This document shows, one piece after another, positions 31,115 to 41,904 of a stretch of DNA of 64,000 nt. Both the position numbers and the translations under genes were made by a program. How positions within the stretch are numbered: position 1 is the stretch's first letter; the number at the start of each line of letters is the position of its first letter. The notes beneath the pieces are model-generated. The model had not been told where the DNA came from, did no database searches, and was given only the letters and a program-made list of their open reading frames with translations. The DNA is from Desulfobacterales bacterium (GTDB lineage Bacteria; Desulfobacterota; Desulfobacteria; Desulfobacterales; UBA5852), in contig CAXXVS010000003.1 in assembly GCA_963674755.2 (NCBI GenBank), positions 1,088,001 to 1,152,000 on the forward strand, in the 5' to 3' direction.

Positions 31115-31729
31115 ATGAGCAGTGTCAGAACACCGAAACAACAACGGGGCATTGAGACCCGCAAACAGATCATAAAGGCGGCCTTTAAATTATTTGCCGA
31201 AAAGGGAATCCATGGCACCAACTCAACGGAGATTGCCCAAAAAGCGGGGATCTCCATCGGCAGTTTTTATTCCTATTTCAAGAACAAAAAAGTACTTCTG
31301 CTTGAAATGCTGGAAGGTTATGTGGAAGAGCACTACAAGATGGTGTGGCGGAAATTGGACGGTTTTAATCTGGATGAATTAGATCGCGATAAGATCAATG
31401 CCATCATCGCAAGTGTGTTCGAGGCATACGACATCGCGCCAGAGTTCCACCGCCAGACCCATGCGCTCAGGTATTCGGACCTTGATATCAAACGCATTTA
31501 CGACAGGGAACGGGTGCGCCAGGTCGATCAGATCCAGTACCTGATAGAAAAAAATATCAATCGTCTGGTGCACATCAAAGATCCCCATATCGCCGCGATG
31601 GTCATCCATAACGCCGTTGAGAACGTCGCCCACACGGCGAAGTTTATGGGCTCCGACATCGAGGAAGGACGTCTGGTCGGTGGCCTGGCGGACATGATTT
31701 CCGGGTTCCTCCTGGGGGATAGTGGTTAA
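31115..31729 (+). CDS. TetR/AcrR family regulator
   Basis: AAFKLFAEKG...IAQKAGISIGSFYSYFKNK. Confidence 0.92.
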   Translation: MSSVRTPKQQRGIETRKQIIKAAFKLFAEKGIHGTNSTEIAQKAGISIGSFYSYFKNKKVLLLEMLEGYVEEHYKMVWRKLDGFNLDELDRDKINAIIASVFEAYDIAPEFHRQTHALRYSDLDIKRIYDRERVRQVDQIQYLIEKNINRLVHIKDPHIAAMVIHNAVENVAHTAKFMGSDIEEGRLVGGLADMISGFLLGDSG

Positions 31730-31824
31730 GCCGGTTAGTTAGGGCCGCGTCCCAACCTTCCACCGCTGACGGATCGCTTTATTAAATTTCAAGTCAAGTT
31801 CAATAAGCAACAAGAATAATCGGC

Positions 31825-32403
31825 GGTGGACCCCAAGAGTTGGACAGCCTGATGGTATAGATAAGCTATAAGCCGAGAGCGATTGTATAGAGAACAAGGC
31901 ATCAGGCAGCCTCGGCAAAAGGATGAGGTAGACCGTAATAGACCTCATCCGGGGTTAGATCGTCAAGAGAAGAATGCCCACGTTGCTGGTTGTAGTAGCG
32001 GACCCACTCCGTCAGCCCCCGTCGCAAGTCGCGACCGGAGTCAAACGAATGCAGGTAAAGATACCGATACTTGATGGTCCACCACAGCCGCTCGATGAAA
32101 ATGTTGTCCTGACAGCGGCCCCGGCCGTCCATGCTGATTTTAACCTGGTGGTCCTTGAGCACCTGGATGAAGGCTGTGCTCGTGAACTGAGCCCCCTGAT
32201 CGGTGTTGAAGATTTCCGGCGCATCATGACGATCCAGAGCCTCGTGGAGCGCTTCGACACAGAAGGAAGGCTCCAAGGTATTGGAGATGCGCCAGGATAA
32301 TATTTTACGGCTGTGCCAGTCCATGATGGCCGCCAGATACATAAAGCCACGGGCCATGGGGACATAGGGACATAGGTGATATCAGCGGCCCAGAGCCTGT
32401 TCA
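31825..32403 (-). mobile_element. IS3-family element remnant (OrfB integrase core and right end)
   Basis: WAADITYV...IMDWHSR, NTDQGAQFTS, DNIFIERLW; a short CCTATGTC duplication near 32361-32376 breaks the frame; 5' part missing. Confidence 0.85.
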
Positions 32404-32538
32404 GTCTATAGGAATCTGGTTGACTGATCGCTGTGCATCAGCTGGAGACCCACCTCCTGGTTATCGCACTAGGGGGAGCCCTATTAGGGCGTTGCTCTTA
32501 TAAAACGAATGCATCTAATTTATGGTACATGGTGCCGA

Positions 32539-33183
32539 TCAAAGCTCCAAATATATTTCGGAACAATCGTTGCAAAGGGTATGGGTGATATCCGCATCGG
32601 TGTGCTTTGTGATATAGGCTTCCAGAGGCCACCAGCGCCCGTTTTCATCCCGGATCCGTTTACATCCACTGCATATCGGCAGAAGTTCCATTAAAAGTTT
32701 ATTTTCTTTTAACAATTTCTCTTTTTCGGCCAGAGCTTCCCCGAGGCTTTTGATCAATTCAACCTGCTTTTGTTCGACCTTTTTTCGATCGCTGATCTCC
32801 TTGATGATGCAAATGATCTTCAAGGGGCGATCTTTATCGGCTGAAATCTTGGCTCGGATTTCAGCCCAATAGGTGCTGTGATCTTTATGAATCAATTCCA
32901 CTTCAACGGTCTGGAGGTCATTCACCCCCTGCTGATATCTTTCCTTGGCCTTGTTCAGTAAGCTCAGGATTCTCTGGTAGGAATCCGGCAACAACCTGTC
33001 TTTAACGGTTAATTTGCGATATTCCTCAGCCGAATAGCCGCTTATCCTTTCGATGCTGGGGTTGACGTAGTCAAATTCCAATGTTTCCGCATCCAAAACA
33101 AATACGGCCTCGATCAGATTATCGGTGATCAATCGGTATTTGTCTTCCAACTTTTCGTATCGCGCTTTGTAATTGGAACCCAT
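32539..33183 (-). CDS. PAS domain protein with C-terminal Cys-rich motif
   Basis: YVNPSIERISGYS PAS; LPICSGCKRIRD..W...THTLCNDC tail; GGAGGG RBS. Confidence 0.8.
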   Translation of the reverse strand: MGSNYKARYEKLEDKYRLITDNLIEAVFVLDAETLEFDYVNPSIERISGYSAEEYRKLTVKDRLLPDSYQRILSLLNKAKERYQQGVNDLQTVEVELIHKDHSTYWAEIRAKISADKDRPLKIICIIKEISDRKKVEQKQVELIKSLGEALAEKEKLLKENKLLMELLPICSGCKRIRDENGRWWPLEAYITKHTDADITHTLCNDCSEIYLEL

Positions 33184-33540
33184 AATAGACCCTCCATTCT
33201 TCACCGGGCGCAATCCTTATCATGCTGTTTCACTGGCCTATTATCGGCATCTATTCGAATTAGGTTAATTTTTCCCCTTGATCTTTCAAAATTTAAACGT
33301 GCTAAAGTAGAAACGTAGCATGCCACTACAAGTCTGGCAGGCAGCAGGCGCGACATGATGGACTATTGGTTTGAGGTAAATGCCTGCCCCATGGGTGCGT
33401 CGCTTGCAGGAACAACGTTGGTAGGTGCAGAGCATGCGAATTGGGTTGAAGAAGGCCGTGATAAAAAGCGCCCGCAGGGATCTTGCTCCCCGCAGGCGCG
33501 CTATCGACTACCAAATTACGCCGCCGACATATAAAAAACA

Positions 33541-33570
33541 AAAAGACACTTGCGAGCCAAGTGCCTTTTT
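33541..33570 (-). terminator. Rho-independent terminator after tRNA-Pro
   Basis: Minus strand GGCACTTG-GCTCG-CAAGTGTC followed by a T-run. Confidence 0.6.
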
Positions 33571-33581
33571 AGATTATTCGA

Positions 33582-33658
<77 letters not shown>

Positions 33659-33893
33659 ATTTTTCAGGCGAAAATCTTTAGCATGAATGGCCGGTGGCTG
33701 CAAGCGCAAAGCCTCCGCCGAATCTTATGAATTCTCAACAGGTTGGCAATTAGGAGAACGCATGAAATGCTGACTGAGGGACTGATTTACTCATTCACCT
33801 ACAACAGGTGTTATTTTCATTGGCGGCCCCTGGGTCGGGGGCCTTGTGTCGATCAAATCGTCTATCCGGGCAAGGGATGCGCCCCCGTTGTCG

Positions 33894-35522
33894 TCAAACC
33901 CGGACGACGTGCGGCAAAATGACCGGGCGCGAGCGCGTCTGACGGTAAAAAAAGTCCTGAAGGGTTTTGCAAATGCTTTCTTGCTGCCGGCAGCCGTCTT
34001 TCTTCAGGGTCCGCCGCAATGTGCGTTTGGCCTTTTCCATCAGACGCTTCGATGCATCCATTGGCATGAAGCCCTGGCTGATCAGGCGAACCTCGCCGGC
34101 CAAGCGGCGCTGCCGGTCCACGGGCACATAGCACAACACAAACCCGTTTTGCGACAAGCGCTCCCGGTCCTGCACCACCCGATCGCCGATTTCACCTACC
34201 AGGGAGCCATCCACGTACACATCTTTGAGGGGCATCGGATCCTCCAGCCATGCGCGCTGCCCGTCGCTGACCCATGCCGCCCCGTTTTCCAGGATAAACA
34301 CCGCGTCGGCATCCAGGCCGTTTTGCTGGGCCAGGTAGGAATGCAGGTGCAGGTGGCGGGTTTCGCCATGCACCGGAATCAAAAACCGCGGGTGGACGGC
34401 TTCCAGCATGATGCGCATGTCTTCGCGGCTGCCATGACCGGAAACATGCACGGTGGCGAGGTCGCCGTAAACGACGTTCGCGCCGCGCCGGAACAGGTTG
34501 TTGAGCATCCGGCCGACATTTTCTTCGTTGCCTTCGATGGCACCGCCGGAAATGACGATCGTGTCGCCCGCATGCACCTGCACGTCGCGATGGGCGCCCC
34601 GGGCCATTCGGTTGAGGGCGGAATTGGGTTCGCCCTGGGAGCCGGTTGACAAAATCACCAGCTCGTCCTGCGGTACGTCCGCCTTGATATCCACCAGCAT
34701 TCCCGCGGGGATGTCCAGGTAGCCCAATTCCTGCGCCAGTTCGGCATTCTGTATGAGGCTGCGCCCGGTCAAGGCCAGTTTGCGCCGATGCTTGGCCGCA
34801 AGATTGACGATTTCCTGGAAGCGCGCCAGCACCGAAGCGAAGGTGGCGATAATGATGCGGCTTCCGCCGGCCTCGGCAAACAGGCCGTCCAGCACCGATG
34901 TCACCAGCTGTTCGGTCGGCGTGCGGCCCGGTCGATCGGCATTGGTGCTGTCCGCCAGCAAGGCGAGCACGCCGTTGGGCGTCAAGGCCTGCAGCCGTTT
35001 CAAATCGGTCGTGCGGCCGCCGGCGGGCGTTTCATCCAGTTTGTAATCACCGGTATGCACCACCGCGCCGACCGGCGTATCGATGACGAGCCCCACGGAA
35101 GCGGGAATGGAGTGCGCCACGGCAAAAGGGCTGACCTTGAACGGGCCCAGATGGATCGTCTGCCGGTCGTCGAAGCGCTGCAGCGTCACATGAGCGAGGC
35201 CCGCCTCTTCCAGTTGGCGCGCCGCCATTCCCAGCGTCAAATCCGTGCCGTACACGGGGGCGTCCACCTGTTTGAGCAGGTAGGAAAGCCCGCCGATATG
35301 GTCCATGTGCCCGTGGGTCAGCACGATCCCACGCAACAGGGCCTTGTTTTCAATCACGTAATCAAAGTCGGGCAGCACGAGATCGATCCCGTACAAGTCG
35401 TTCTCGGGGAACATGACCCCGCAATCGACGATGATCAGGTTGCGGCCGTATTCGAGCAAGGTCATGTTCTTGCCGATTTCGCCCAGGCCGCCGATGGGAA
35501 TAATCTTTAAACGTTTAGACAT
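33894..35522 (-). CDS. rnj: Ribonuclease J
   Basis: GGLGEIGKN, THGHMDHIG, HTGDYKLD, TGSQGEP, HVSGH, PVHGE; start trimmed to ATG 35522. Confidence 0.93.
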   Translation of the reverse strand: MSKRLKIIPIGGLGEIGKNMTLLEYGRNLIIVDCGVMFPENDLYGIDLVLPDFDYVIENKALLRGIVLTHGHMDHIGGLSYLLKQVDAPVYGTDLTLGMAARQLEEAGLAHVTLQRFDDRQTIHLGPFKVSPFAVAHSIPASVGLVIDTPVGAVVHTGDYKLDETPAGGRTTDLKRLQALTPNGVLALLADSTNADRPGRTPTEQLVTSVLDGLFAEAGGSRIIIATFASVLARFQEIVNLAAKHRRKLALTGRSLIQNAELAQELGYLDIPAGMLVDIKADVPQDELVILSTGSQGEPNSALNRMARGAHRDVQVHAGDTIVISGGAIEGNEENVGRMLNNLFRRGANVVYGDLATVHVSGHGSREDMRIMLEAVHPRFLIPVHGETRHLHLHSYLAQQNGLDADAVFILENGAAWVSDGQRAWLEDPMPLKDVYVDGSLVGEIGDRVVQDRERLSQNGFVLCYVPVDRQRRLAGEVRLISQGFMPMDASKRLMEKAKRTLRRTLKKDGCRQQESICKTLQDFFYRQTRSRPVILPHVVRV

Positions 35523-36212
35523 AGTGGTTTTCGTAGGTCTCCTTTGTCGCCCTGAATGGCCGCTGATTTCCCGCGCACGATCCCGGAACGCAATGCGCCA
35601 GGCGTGCGCAATCCCCTGGCCGGGGCGGTGAGATTGAGCAGGCACCCATGGTGACAGAAAATTGAAATAATGGTGATGTTGGTTTTTCGCAGGCAGGTTT
35701 AAAAGGACTCGTGTAGGCTGGACAGGAGCTTTTCCGCCAACGGAAAGTTTGCTGACAATATCCGACCGAATGCGGTTTTGTCAAGATTCCATAATCGCCC
35801 GTCCCCATTTTCAGTGCTGCCAAGGTCAGAAACGGGGGCAAGGCGGTCCTGGCTCCCTCACAAGGGAAACCCATTTCCATTCCCTTGTGGGGGGGAAATC
35901 AGGCACCGGCCCGTCAGGGAGTGCTGATCGTCTACCGGAAACTATCCCAAAGGACGGTGATAACCCCGGACTTGCCAGGGCCCCGGCTTGTCATTTCTCG
36001 GGTCTGCCACGGCAACCCGCCAGTGTTGCGACAACAATTGGCCGATCCGGCATTTGATCGAAGGCCGGCGGCCTTTGTGGGGAAGCCGTTACGAACGGCT
36101 GCGGCTGCCTTGGCAGGCGATGCTTCGGGCGATGACGTGTCTCAGCTTGACAACCCGAACGATGACAACTATTGTCCCTATAATTCGTTAAATGGCGAAA
36201 TATGAGGGATGT

Positions 36213-36569
36213 ATGTTGGCGTTCATGAATATCACCAAAGCCCTGGCCGACGAAAACCGGGTGCGCATCCTGATGGCACTGCACGGCGAGGAGGAGCTGT
36301 GCGTCTGCCAGCTGATCGACCTGCTGCAATTGGCCCCGTCCACGGTTTCCAAGCACCTTTTCATCCTGCGCAACGCCCGTCTCGTCCTGGGACGCAAGGC
36401 GGGGCGCTGGATGTATTACCGCTTGAACGGGGCGGCGGCCGCCGGGGTGGTCAAGGAAGCCCTCGATTGGGTGGCGCGCTCGGTGGCTGAAGATCCGGTC
36501 ATCCATCAGGACAAGGCACGCCTGGCGGCATTCGGGACGGATTCGGCCCAAACGAAATGCGGCGTTTAG
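36213..36569 (+). CDS. arsR: ArsR/SmtB family repressor
   Basis: KALADENRVRIL, ELCVCQL, STVSKHL; imperfect palindrome ATTCGTTAAATGGCGAAAT just upstream. Confidence 0.88.
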   Translation: MLAFMNITKALADENRVRILMALHGEEELCVCQLIDLLQLAPSTVSKHLFILRNARLVLGRKAGRWMYYRLNGAAAAGVVKEALDWVARSVAEDPVIHQDKARLAAFGTDSAQTKCGV

Positions 36570-36743
36570 TGGTCCTATTCATCGATACGCTGACATTCGA
36601 GCGCCAATTCATCCTGTCTGACGGCGTTGTGAAACCACGGCATATTCCAGATATCCCTTAGCTTTCAAGCCTTGTCCGCCAGGCGACTTGACGCTCGTAT
36701 GACGCCACCGTTTTTACGAACAGGACCACTTAGGAGCGAGCCA

Positions 36744-37865
36744 ATGGCTGATGTAACGAAACGCCTGTCGTTTTTAGACCGCTATCTGACGCTGTGGATT
36801 TTTCTGGCCATGTTCGCCGGGGTGACGGGGGGCTATCTTTTCCCCGGCATCCGGGAGGCCATCAACTGGTTCCAGGTGGGCACCACCAACATCCCCATTG
36901 CGGTGGGATTGATCCTGATGATGTATCCGCCTCTGGCCAAAGTGCGCTACGAGGAGCTGCCCCGGGTGTTTCGCAACGGCAAGGTGCTGGCGCTGTCCCT
37001 GGTGCAGAACTGGATCATCGGCCCGATTCTGATGTTCCTGCTGGCCGTCGCTTTTCTGTCCGGTCACCATGACTATATGGTGGGGCTTATCATGATCGGA
37101 CTGGCCCGCTGCATTGCCATGGTCATCGTCTGGAACGACCTGGCCCAGGGCGATCGCGAATACTGCGCCGGGCTGGTGGCCTTCAACTCCATCTTCCAGG
37201 TGCTCTTCTTCTCCTTCTATGCCTACATTTTTATCACCCTGGTGCCCCATTGGCTGGGAATGCAGGGCATGGTGGTGAACATCTCCATCGGCCAGATCGC
37301 CCAGAGCGTCTTCATCTACCTGGGCATTCCCTTTATCGGCGGGATGGTGTCGCGGTATGTCGGCCTAAGGCTCAAAGGCCGCGACTGGTACGAGAACACG
37401 TTTATTCCCCGCATCAGCCCGATCACGTTGATCGCCCTGCTGTTCACAATCCTGGTGATGTTTTCCCTCAAGGGCAATTACATCGTCCGGTTGCCTCTGG
37501 ATGTCGTCCGCATCGCCATTCCGCTGAGCATCTATTTCGTGGTCATGTTCGTGGTGTCGTTTTTCCTGTCGATGAAAGTCGGGGCTACGTACGAGCAATC
37601 GGCCACGTTGAGCTTTACGGCCGCCTCCAACAATTTCGAACTGGCCATCGCCGTGGCGGTGGCGGTCTTCGGCATCGATTCGGGTCAGGCCTTCGCCGCC
37701 GTGATCGGCCCGCTGGTGGAGGTGCCGGTCCTGATCGCCCTGGTGAACGTGGCCTTCTGGTTCAAGCGCCGCTATTTCCCCTACGAAATCAAGGCGGTCA
37801 CCGGTGTCTGCCACGTGCATCACCGGCCGCGGGGGCTTGAATCCTGCGCTGACAAGGAATCCTGA
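36744..37865 (+). CDS. acr3: ACR3 family arsenite efflux transporter
   Basis: [53 protein letters not shown]. Confidence 0.94.
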   Translation: MADVTKRLSFLDRYLTLWIFLAMFAGVTGGYLFPGIREAINWFQVGTTNIPIAVGLILMMYPPLAKVRYEELPRVFRNGKVLALSLVQNWIIGPILMFLLAVAFLSGHHDYMVGLIMIGLARCIAMVIVWNDLAQGDREYCAGLVAFNSIFQVLFFSFYAYIFITLVPHWLGMQGMVVNISIGQIAQSVFIYLGIPFIGGMVSRYVGLRLKGRDWYENTFIPRISPITLIALLFTILVMFSLKGNYIVRLPLDVVRIAIPLSIYFVVMFVVSFFLSMKVGATYEQSATLSFTAASNNFELAIAVAVAVFGIDSGQAFAAVIGPLVEVPVLIALVNVAFWFKRRYFPYEIKAVTGVCHVHHRPRGLESCADKES

Positions 37866-37902
37866 CCACCATTTATAAGGAAGGGGCAATAAGGCAGGGG
37901 CT

Positions 37903-38499
37903 ATGGAAACCTACACCGTCTTCCCGGATCGAACCATAACGCAAGCCGGTCCCATGGGACGGATATTTACGGGACTTGGTATCGGAACCTTTCACGGGGC
38001 CTGCCGCTGGGTGCAGCAACTGCCCTACGGCTACAATTCCGACCGGGACGACCTCATGATCCTGTTCAAGGAAAAAAGGGGCAGCTGCACCACCAAGCAT
38101 GCAGTCATCGCCACACTGGCCGCCGAGCTGGATCTGCCCATCCACAAAAACATAGGCATCTACGCCATGACCGAGGCCCTGGTTACCGGCTCCCGGGAGA
38201 TCCTGGATCGTTATCGGTTGCCTTATGTGCCCATGCTGCACTGTTTTCTCGTCTGCCGGAACCACCGGGTCGATCTTTCCGAGGGCAACCGCAACGGCAA
38301 GAACGGTCCCATCGATCGTTTCCTTTATACAGCCGGCGTTTCGGCCACCATTTCCGCCAAAGACGAATACCGCCTTTACCGACAGGCGCTGAAGGATGAG
38401 GTCCTTTCCCGAGCGGAGCTGGAGGGGACCGATATGAAAACCATGCTCAAGGCGCGCGAAGAGGGTCTGGCCCTGCTGAAGCACAACCTAACGCGATAA
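37903..38499 (+). CDS. Hypothetical protein, possibly transglutaminase/papain-like
   Basis: LPYGYN, GSCTTKHA, HCFL, VDL pattern; inside the ars operon. Confidence 0.65.
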   Translation: METYTVFPDRTITQAGPMGRIFTGLGIGTFHGACRWVQQLPYGYNSDRDDLMILFKEKRGSCTTKHAVIATLAAELDLPIHKNIGIYAMTEALVTGSREILDRYRLPYVPMLHCFLVCRNHRVDLSEGNRNGKNGPIDRFLYTAGVSATISAKDEYRLYRQALKDEVLSRAELEGTDMKTMLKAREEGLALLKHNLTR

Positions 38500-38510
38500 A
38501 GAGGTGTATC

Positions 38511-39317
38511 ATGAAAGAAGAATCCGCCGATATCATTCGTCAAGTCGTACGGGGACGCTATGCCCAAGCGGCGGGCGGCGCGGGATGCGGCTGCGCATCC
38601 GAACCGGCATCGCCCTGCTGCGGCGCGCAACCAAGAAGTGCTTTCGATCCGAACCAGGTGATGGGCTACTCGCAGAAAGAACTGGCGAGCGTCGTGGATG
38701 GGGCCAATCTGGGGCTGGGGTGTGGCAACCCCACCGCCATCGGCTCCCTCAAGCCGGGGGAGGTCGTGCTGGATCTGGGCAGCGGCGGCGGGTTCGACTG
38801 CTTCCTGGCCGCCCAGAAGGTGGGGCGCCAGGGCCGGGTGATCGGGGTCGACATGACGCCCGAAATGCTCAGCAAGGCCCGGGAGAATGCGGCCCGTATG
38901 GAAGCCGTCAATGTCGAATTCCGCCTGGGCGAAATCGAACACCTGCCGGTGGCCGACAACAGCGTGGATGTCATCATCTCCAACTGCGTCATCAACCTTT
39001 CTCCGCAAAAAGCGCAGGTCTTCAAAGAGGCCTTTCGTGCTTTGACGCCGGGCGGCCGTCTGATGATTTCCGATGTGGTGGCCACGGCCGAAATGCCGGA
39101 AGCGTTGCGCAAGCAGGCGGCCATGCTGACGGGGTGCGTTGCCGGCGCCGTGCATGTCGATCAAATAAGGGAATTGCTGGGGACAGCAGGCTTCCGGGGA
39201 ATCAAGATCGACCTGAAAGACTACAGCAGGCAATTGATCCATGGCTGGTTTCCCGGCAGCGGCGCCGAAGACTATGTGGCCTCCGCGGCCATTGAAGCCG
39301 TAAAACCATCTCAGTGA
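38511..39317 (+). CDS. arsM: Arsenite methyltransferase
   Basis: NLGLGCGNP, VLDLGSGGGFDC, ISNCVINL, GCVAGA. Confidence 0.92.
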   Translation: MKEESADIIRQVVRGRYAQAAGGAGCGCASEPASPCCGAQPRSAFDPNQVMGYSQKELASVVDGANLGLGCGNPTAIGSLKPGEVVLDLGSGGGFDCFLAAQKVGRQGRVIGVDMTPEMLSKARENAARMEAVNVEFRLGEIEHLPVADNSVDVIISNCVINLSPQKAQVFKEAFRALTPGGRLMISDVVATAEMPEALRKQAAMLTGCVAGAVHVDQIRELLGTAGFRGIKIDLKDYSRQLIHGWFPGSGAEDYVASAAIEAVKPSQ

Positions 39318-39367
39318 TATTCGAATGGTGCCGCAGCCACGCGGCTGGCCTGGAGAAATGGCACGAC

Positions 39368-39815
39368 TAGTTTTAATCCAAACCCACCATCTCTGGTGGA
39401 GGCCCCGGAGGGTTCTGCCGATCCGGGGCGCTTTTCTATTATTGGCGCCTTCATTTTCTTGCACGTGCAAGAAAACGGAAGCAATCACGCCTCGGCCTGA
39501 CAGGCTTCAAACGCCCGTGTCCCGCTTAACCCTGCGCGTCGTCCAACCGGCCCATGAAACGGCGCCTCGTGCCGCCATGCGGCGTTGCCAGGCTTGCTCG
39601 GGTGCTCACAATCTGGCGATTGCTGCGCGCCTCACTTCACCTGTCGCCTTGCCTGACAGCACGATGCTTGCTTCATTGACCGGTTGAAGCGACCGGAGCC
39701 CGCACGCGGAAACTCGCCCCGCCTGCGACAAGCCTTCGGCGGACAGGCAGTCCGCGCGCTTTAATCCGCCCGCCCCGCCGATGCTCGGCGCGGGACAAAG
39801 GGAAATCTGAAAACC
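39368..39815. repeat. Structured intergenic repeat family A, copy 1 (with nested family B element at 39544-39686)
   Basis: Shares GGTGGAGG..GATCCGGGG, the TTTTCTTGCACGTGCAAGAAAA palindrome, CGCCCGTGTCCCG and GATGCTCGGCGCGGGACAAAGGG with 50713-50985 and 54149-54463. Confidence 0.85.
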
Positions 39816-40072
39816 GAGGGCCACAACTTCATTTTTGAAGCCTCCTTTTTGGAAGCTACCTGATGCCTCCCGCTATGCGGGAGGAGACTCGTTATGATTG
39901 AAAGCCGTTGCGAACCTGTCAAATTTGCGTTTATCCCGTCAATTGACGGATATCGATGCGCTATCGGGAGTTCACCCGAATCGGCGATTGCCGCTATGGG
40001 CGGCAACGATCGCTATTGGAATCAAAACTGACGATTTCGATGACGATTCCTATTTCGGTAAGGCAGAGCGAT

Positions 40073-40107
40073 ATCCAGCATCCAGCATCCAGTATCCAGT
40101 CTCCAGC
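40073..40107 (+). repeat. Heptamer tandem repeat (ATCCAGY) x5
   Basis: ATCCAGC ATCCAGC ATCCAGT ATCCAGT CTCCAGC just upstream of TTGACA (40122). Confidence 0.8.
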
Positions 40108-40180
40108 TTTCCCGAAACTCCTTGACAGGTTTGGTCACTCATATTAATTTGTCCATTTATTCTTGTGCTGTATGGCAGCT

Positions 40181-40267
40181 GCGAGAGTGGCGGAATTGGT
40201 AGACGCACTGGACTTAGGATCCAGCTCTGGCGACAGAGTGGGAGTTCAAGTCTCCCCTCTCGCACCA
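40181..40267 (+). tRNA. tRNA-Leu(TAG)
   Basis: CTGGA-CTTAGGA-TCCAG anticodon arm, long variable arm, GTTCAAGTC, CCA; 87 nt. Confidence 0.97.
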
Positions 40268-40446
40268 TATCCGACAGTTTTAAGAGTGCCTGGAGGTGAT
40301 CGACTCCGGGCACTCGACGTATAGGGGCTGACGCAAACACGGCCGTAGCGGGTTTGTGATCGCCCGGGCCGCTTTTGGAGTGCGTATCATGTTCGAACCC
40401 ATTCCCCGCCGCAGTGGGGATGCGGTTCGCCTGGAAAGGAACCGGA

Positions 40447-41778
40447 ATGAATTTTTCAGTTGAGGACCAGAGTACCGTTAAAAAGAAGCTCACCATCGAG
40501 GTGCCCAGGGAGGATGTCGTTCGCGAACTGGACAAGGCCTACAAGGAATTAAAACGGAGTGCCAAGGTCAAGGGGTTCCGGCCGGGCAAAGCCCCCCGCT
40601 CCGTGCTCGAGCGGTTGTACGGCAAAGACGTCCGGGCGGATGTGGCCTCGCGCCTGATTCAGGAAACCTTTGTGGAGGCGTTGAAGGAATCCGAGATGAA
40701 CGTGGTGGGCACCCCGGAGATCGACCCCCCGGATCTCAAGGTGGATGAAGGCTATACCTTTACGGCCACGGTGGAGGTGAACCCCGAGCTGGCGTCTTTC
40801 AACCTCGACGGTTTTCAATTGAAAAAAACCCTTTACCGGGCGACGGATGAAGAGGTGGACGCCCAACTGCAGATGCTGCGCAACAACCTGGCCCGCATGG
40901 TGCCCATCGAGGGGGCGCGCCCGGTGGCCGACGGCGACTACGTGATGGTGGACTACGAGGGGATGAGGGACGGCAAACCCTATGCCGAAACCCAGCGCAC
41001 GGAAAATTTTTCCATGAAAATCGGCGACGGACTGCTCCATCCGGATGTCGATGCGGCCCTTAAGGGATTGAATGCCGGCGATAGCACGGAAGTCGCCGTG
41101 AAATTTGCCGGTGACCATTTCAATGACAAGCTGGCCGGACAGGAGATCACCTTCCATGTGACCGTCAAGGAAATCCGGGAGCAGCAGATTCCGGAGATCG
41201 ACGACGAAATGGCCAAGCGGCTGGGCCCGTTCGACTCCCTGGCGGCGCTCAAAGAAAAAATCAACGAGAACCTTTCCGCGGGCTACAGCAAGCGCCAGGA
41301 GCAGGAACTCAACGAACAGGTCTTCAAAGCCCTGATCGCCCAGCAGGATTTCGAGGTCCCGGAGTCCCTGGTCAATAGCGAGCTGGAAACCATTTTGAGC
41401 GAAGCCAAACAGAAGTTCGCCTACCACAACACCTCCATGGAGGAACTGGGGCTGAATGACGAAGGCTTGCGCGACCAATATCGTGAAACAGCCCTCAACC
41501 AGGTACGCCGCCACATGATCCTGGCCAAGATTATCGCGCAGGAGTCCCTGGAGGTGTCCGACGAGGAGCTGGAAGCCGGCTATCAGGAGATGGCCGACAG
41601 CTTCAACCAGCCGGTGGATGTCATCAAGCAGGTTTATGCCCAGGACCCGGACCGGGTTGATGTGTTCAAGTACGCTTTACTTGAAAAACAGGCAATTAAG
41701 CTTATTGTTGATAGAAGTTCCATCGAGGAAGTTGAGCCGGAACTGGAAACCCCCGCTGAAGACGACAAGGCCGAATAA
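40447..41778 (+). CDS. tig: Trigger factor
   Basis: GFRPGKAP ribosome-binding motif, FKBP domain, synteny with clpPX-lon. Confidence 0.95.
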   Translation: MNFSVEDQSTVKKKLTIEVPREDVVRELDKAYKELKRSAKVKGFRPGKAPRSVLERLYGKDVRADVASRLIQETFVEALKESEMNVVGTPEIDPPDLKVDEGYTFTATVEVNPELASFNLDGFQLKKTLYRATDEEVDAQLQMLRNNLARMVPIEGARPVADGDYVMVDYEGMRDGKPYAETQRTENFSMKIGDGLLHPDVDAALKGLNAGDSTEVAVKFAGDHFNDKLAGQEITFHVTVKEIREQQIPEIDDEMAKRLGPFDSLAALKEKINENLSAGYSKRQEQELNEQVFKALIAQQDFEVPESLVNSELETILSEAKQKFAYHNTSMEELGLNDEGLRDQYRETALNQVRRHMILAKIIAQESLEVSDEELEAGYQEMADSFNQPVDVIKQVYAQDPDRVDVFKYALLEKQAIKLIVDRSSIEEVEPELETPAEDDKAE

Positions 41779-41904
41779 GGGGCCTTGTCGGATCTGAAAC
41801 CGATCACTTTGACGGGGTCTTGAAGGTGTAAGCGCTCAAGGCCCCACCTGTCATCGGACTGGTAGGCCGACAACCACCTGACATTATTTATAAGGAGAAC
41901 CATT

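Noticed and set aside
33464..33505. Apparent partial tRNA-Pro copy (TGCTCCC..GCAGGCGCGCTA) as an att site
   Set aside because: Short, gapped match; better explained as one arm of a terminator-like hairpin with a T-tract on the minus strand
39325..39824. ORFs containing FSCTCKK (also 54223..54516 and the N-terminal extension of 52646..54265)
   Set aside because: Translations of the palindromic family A repeat, not proteins
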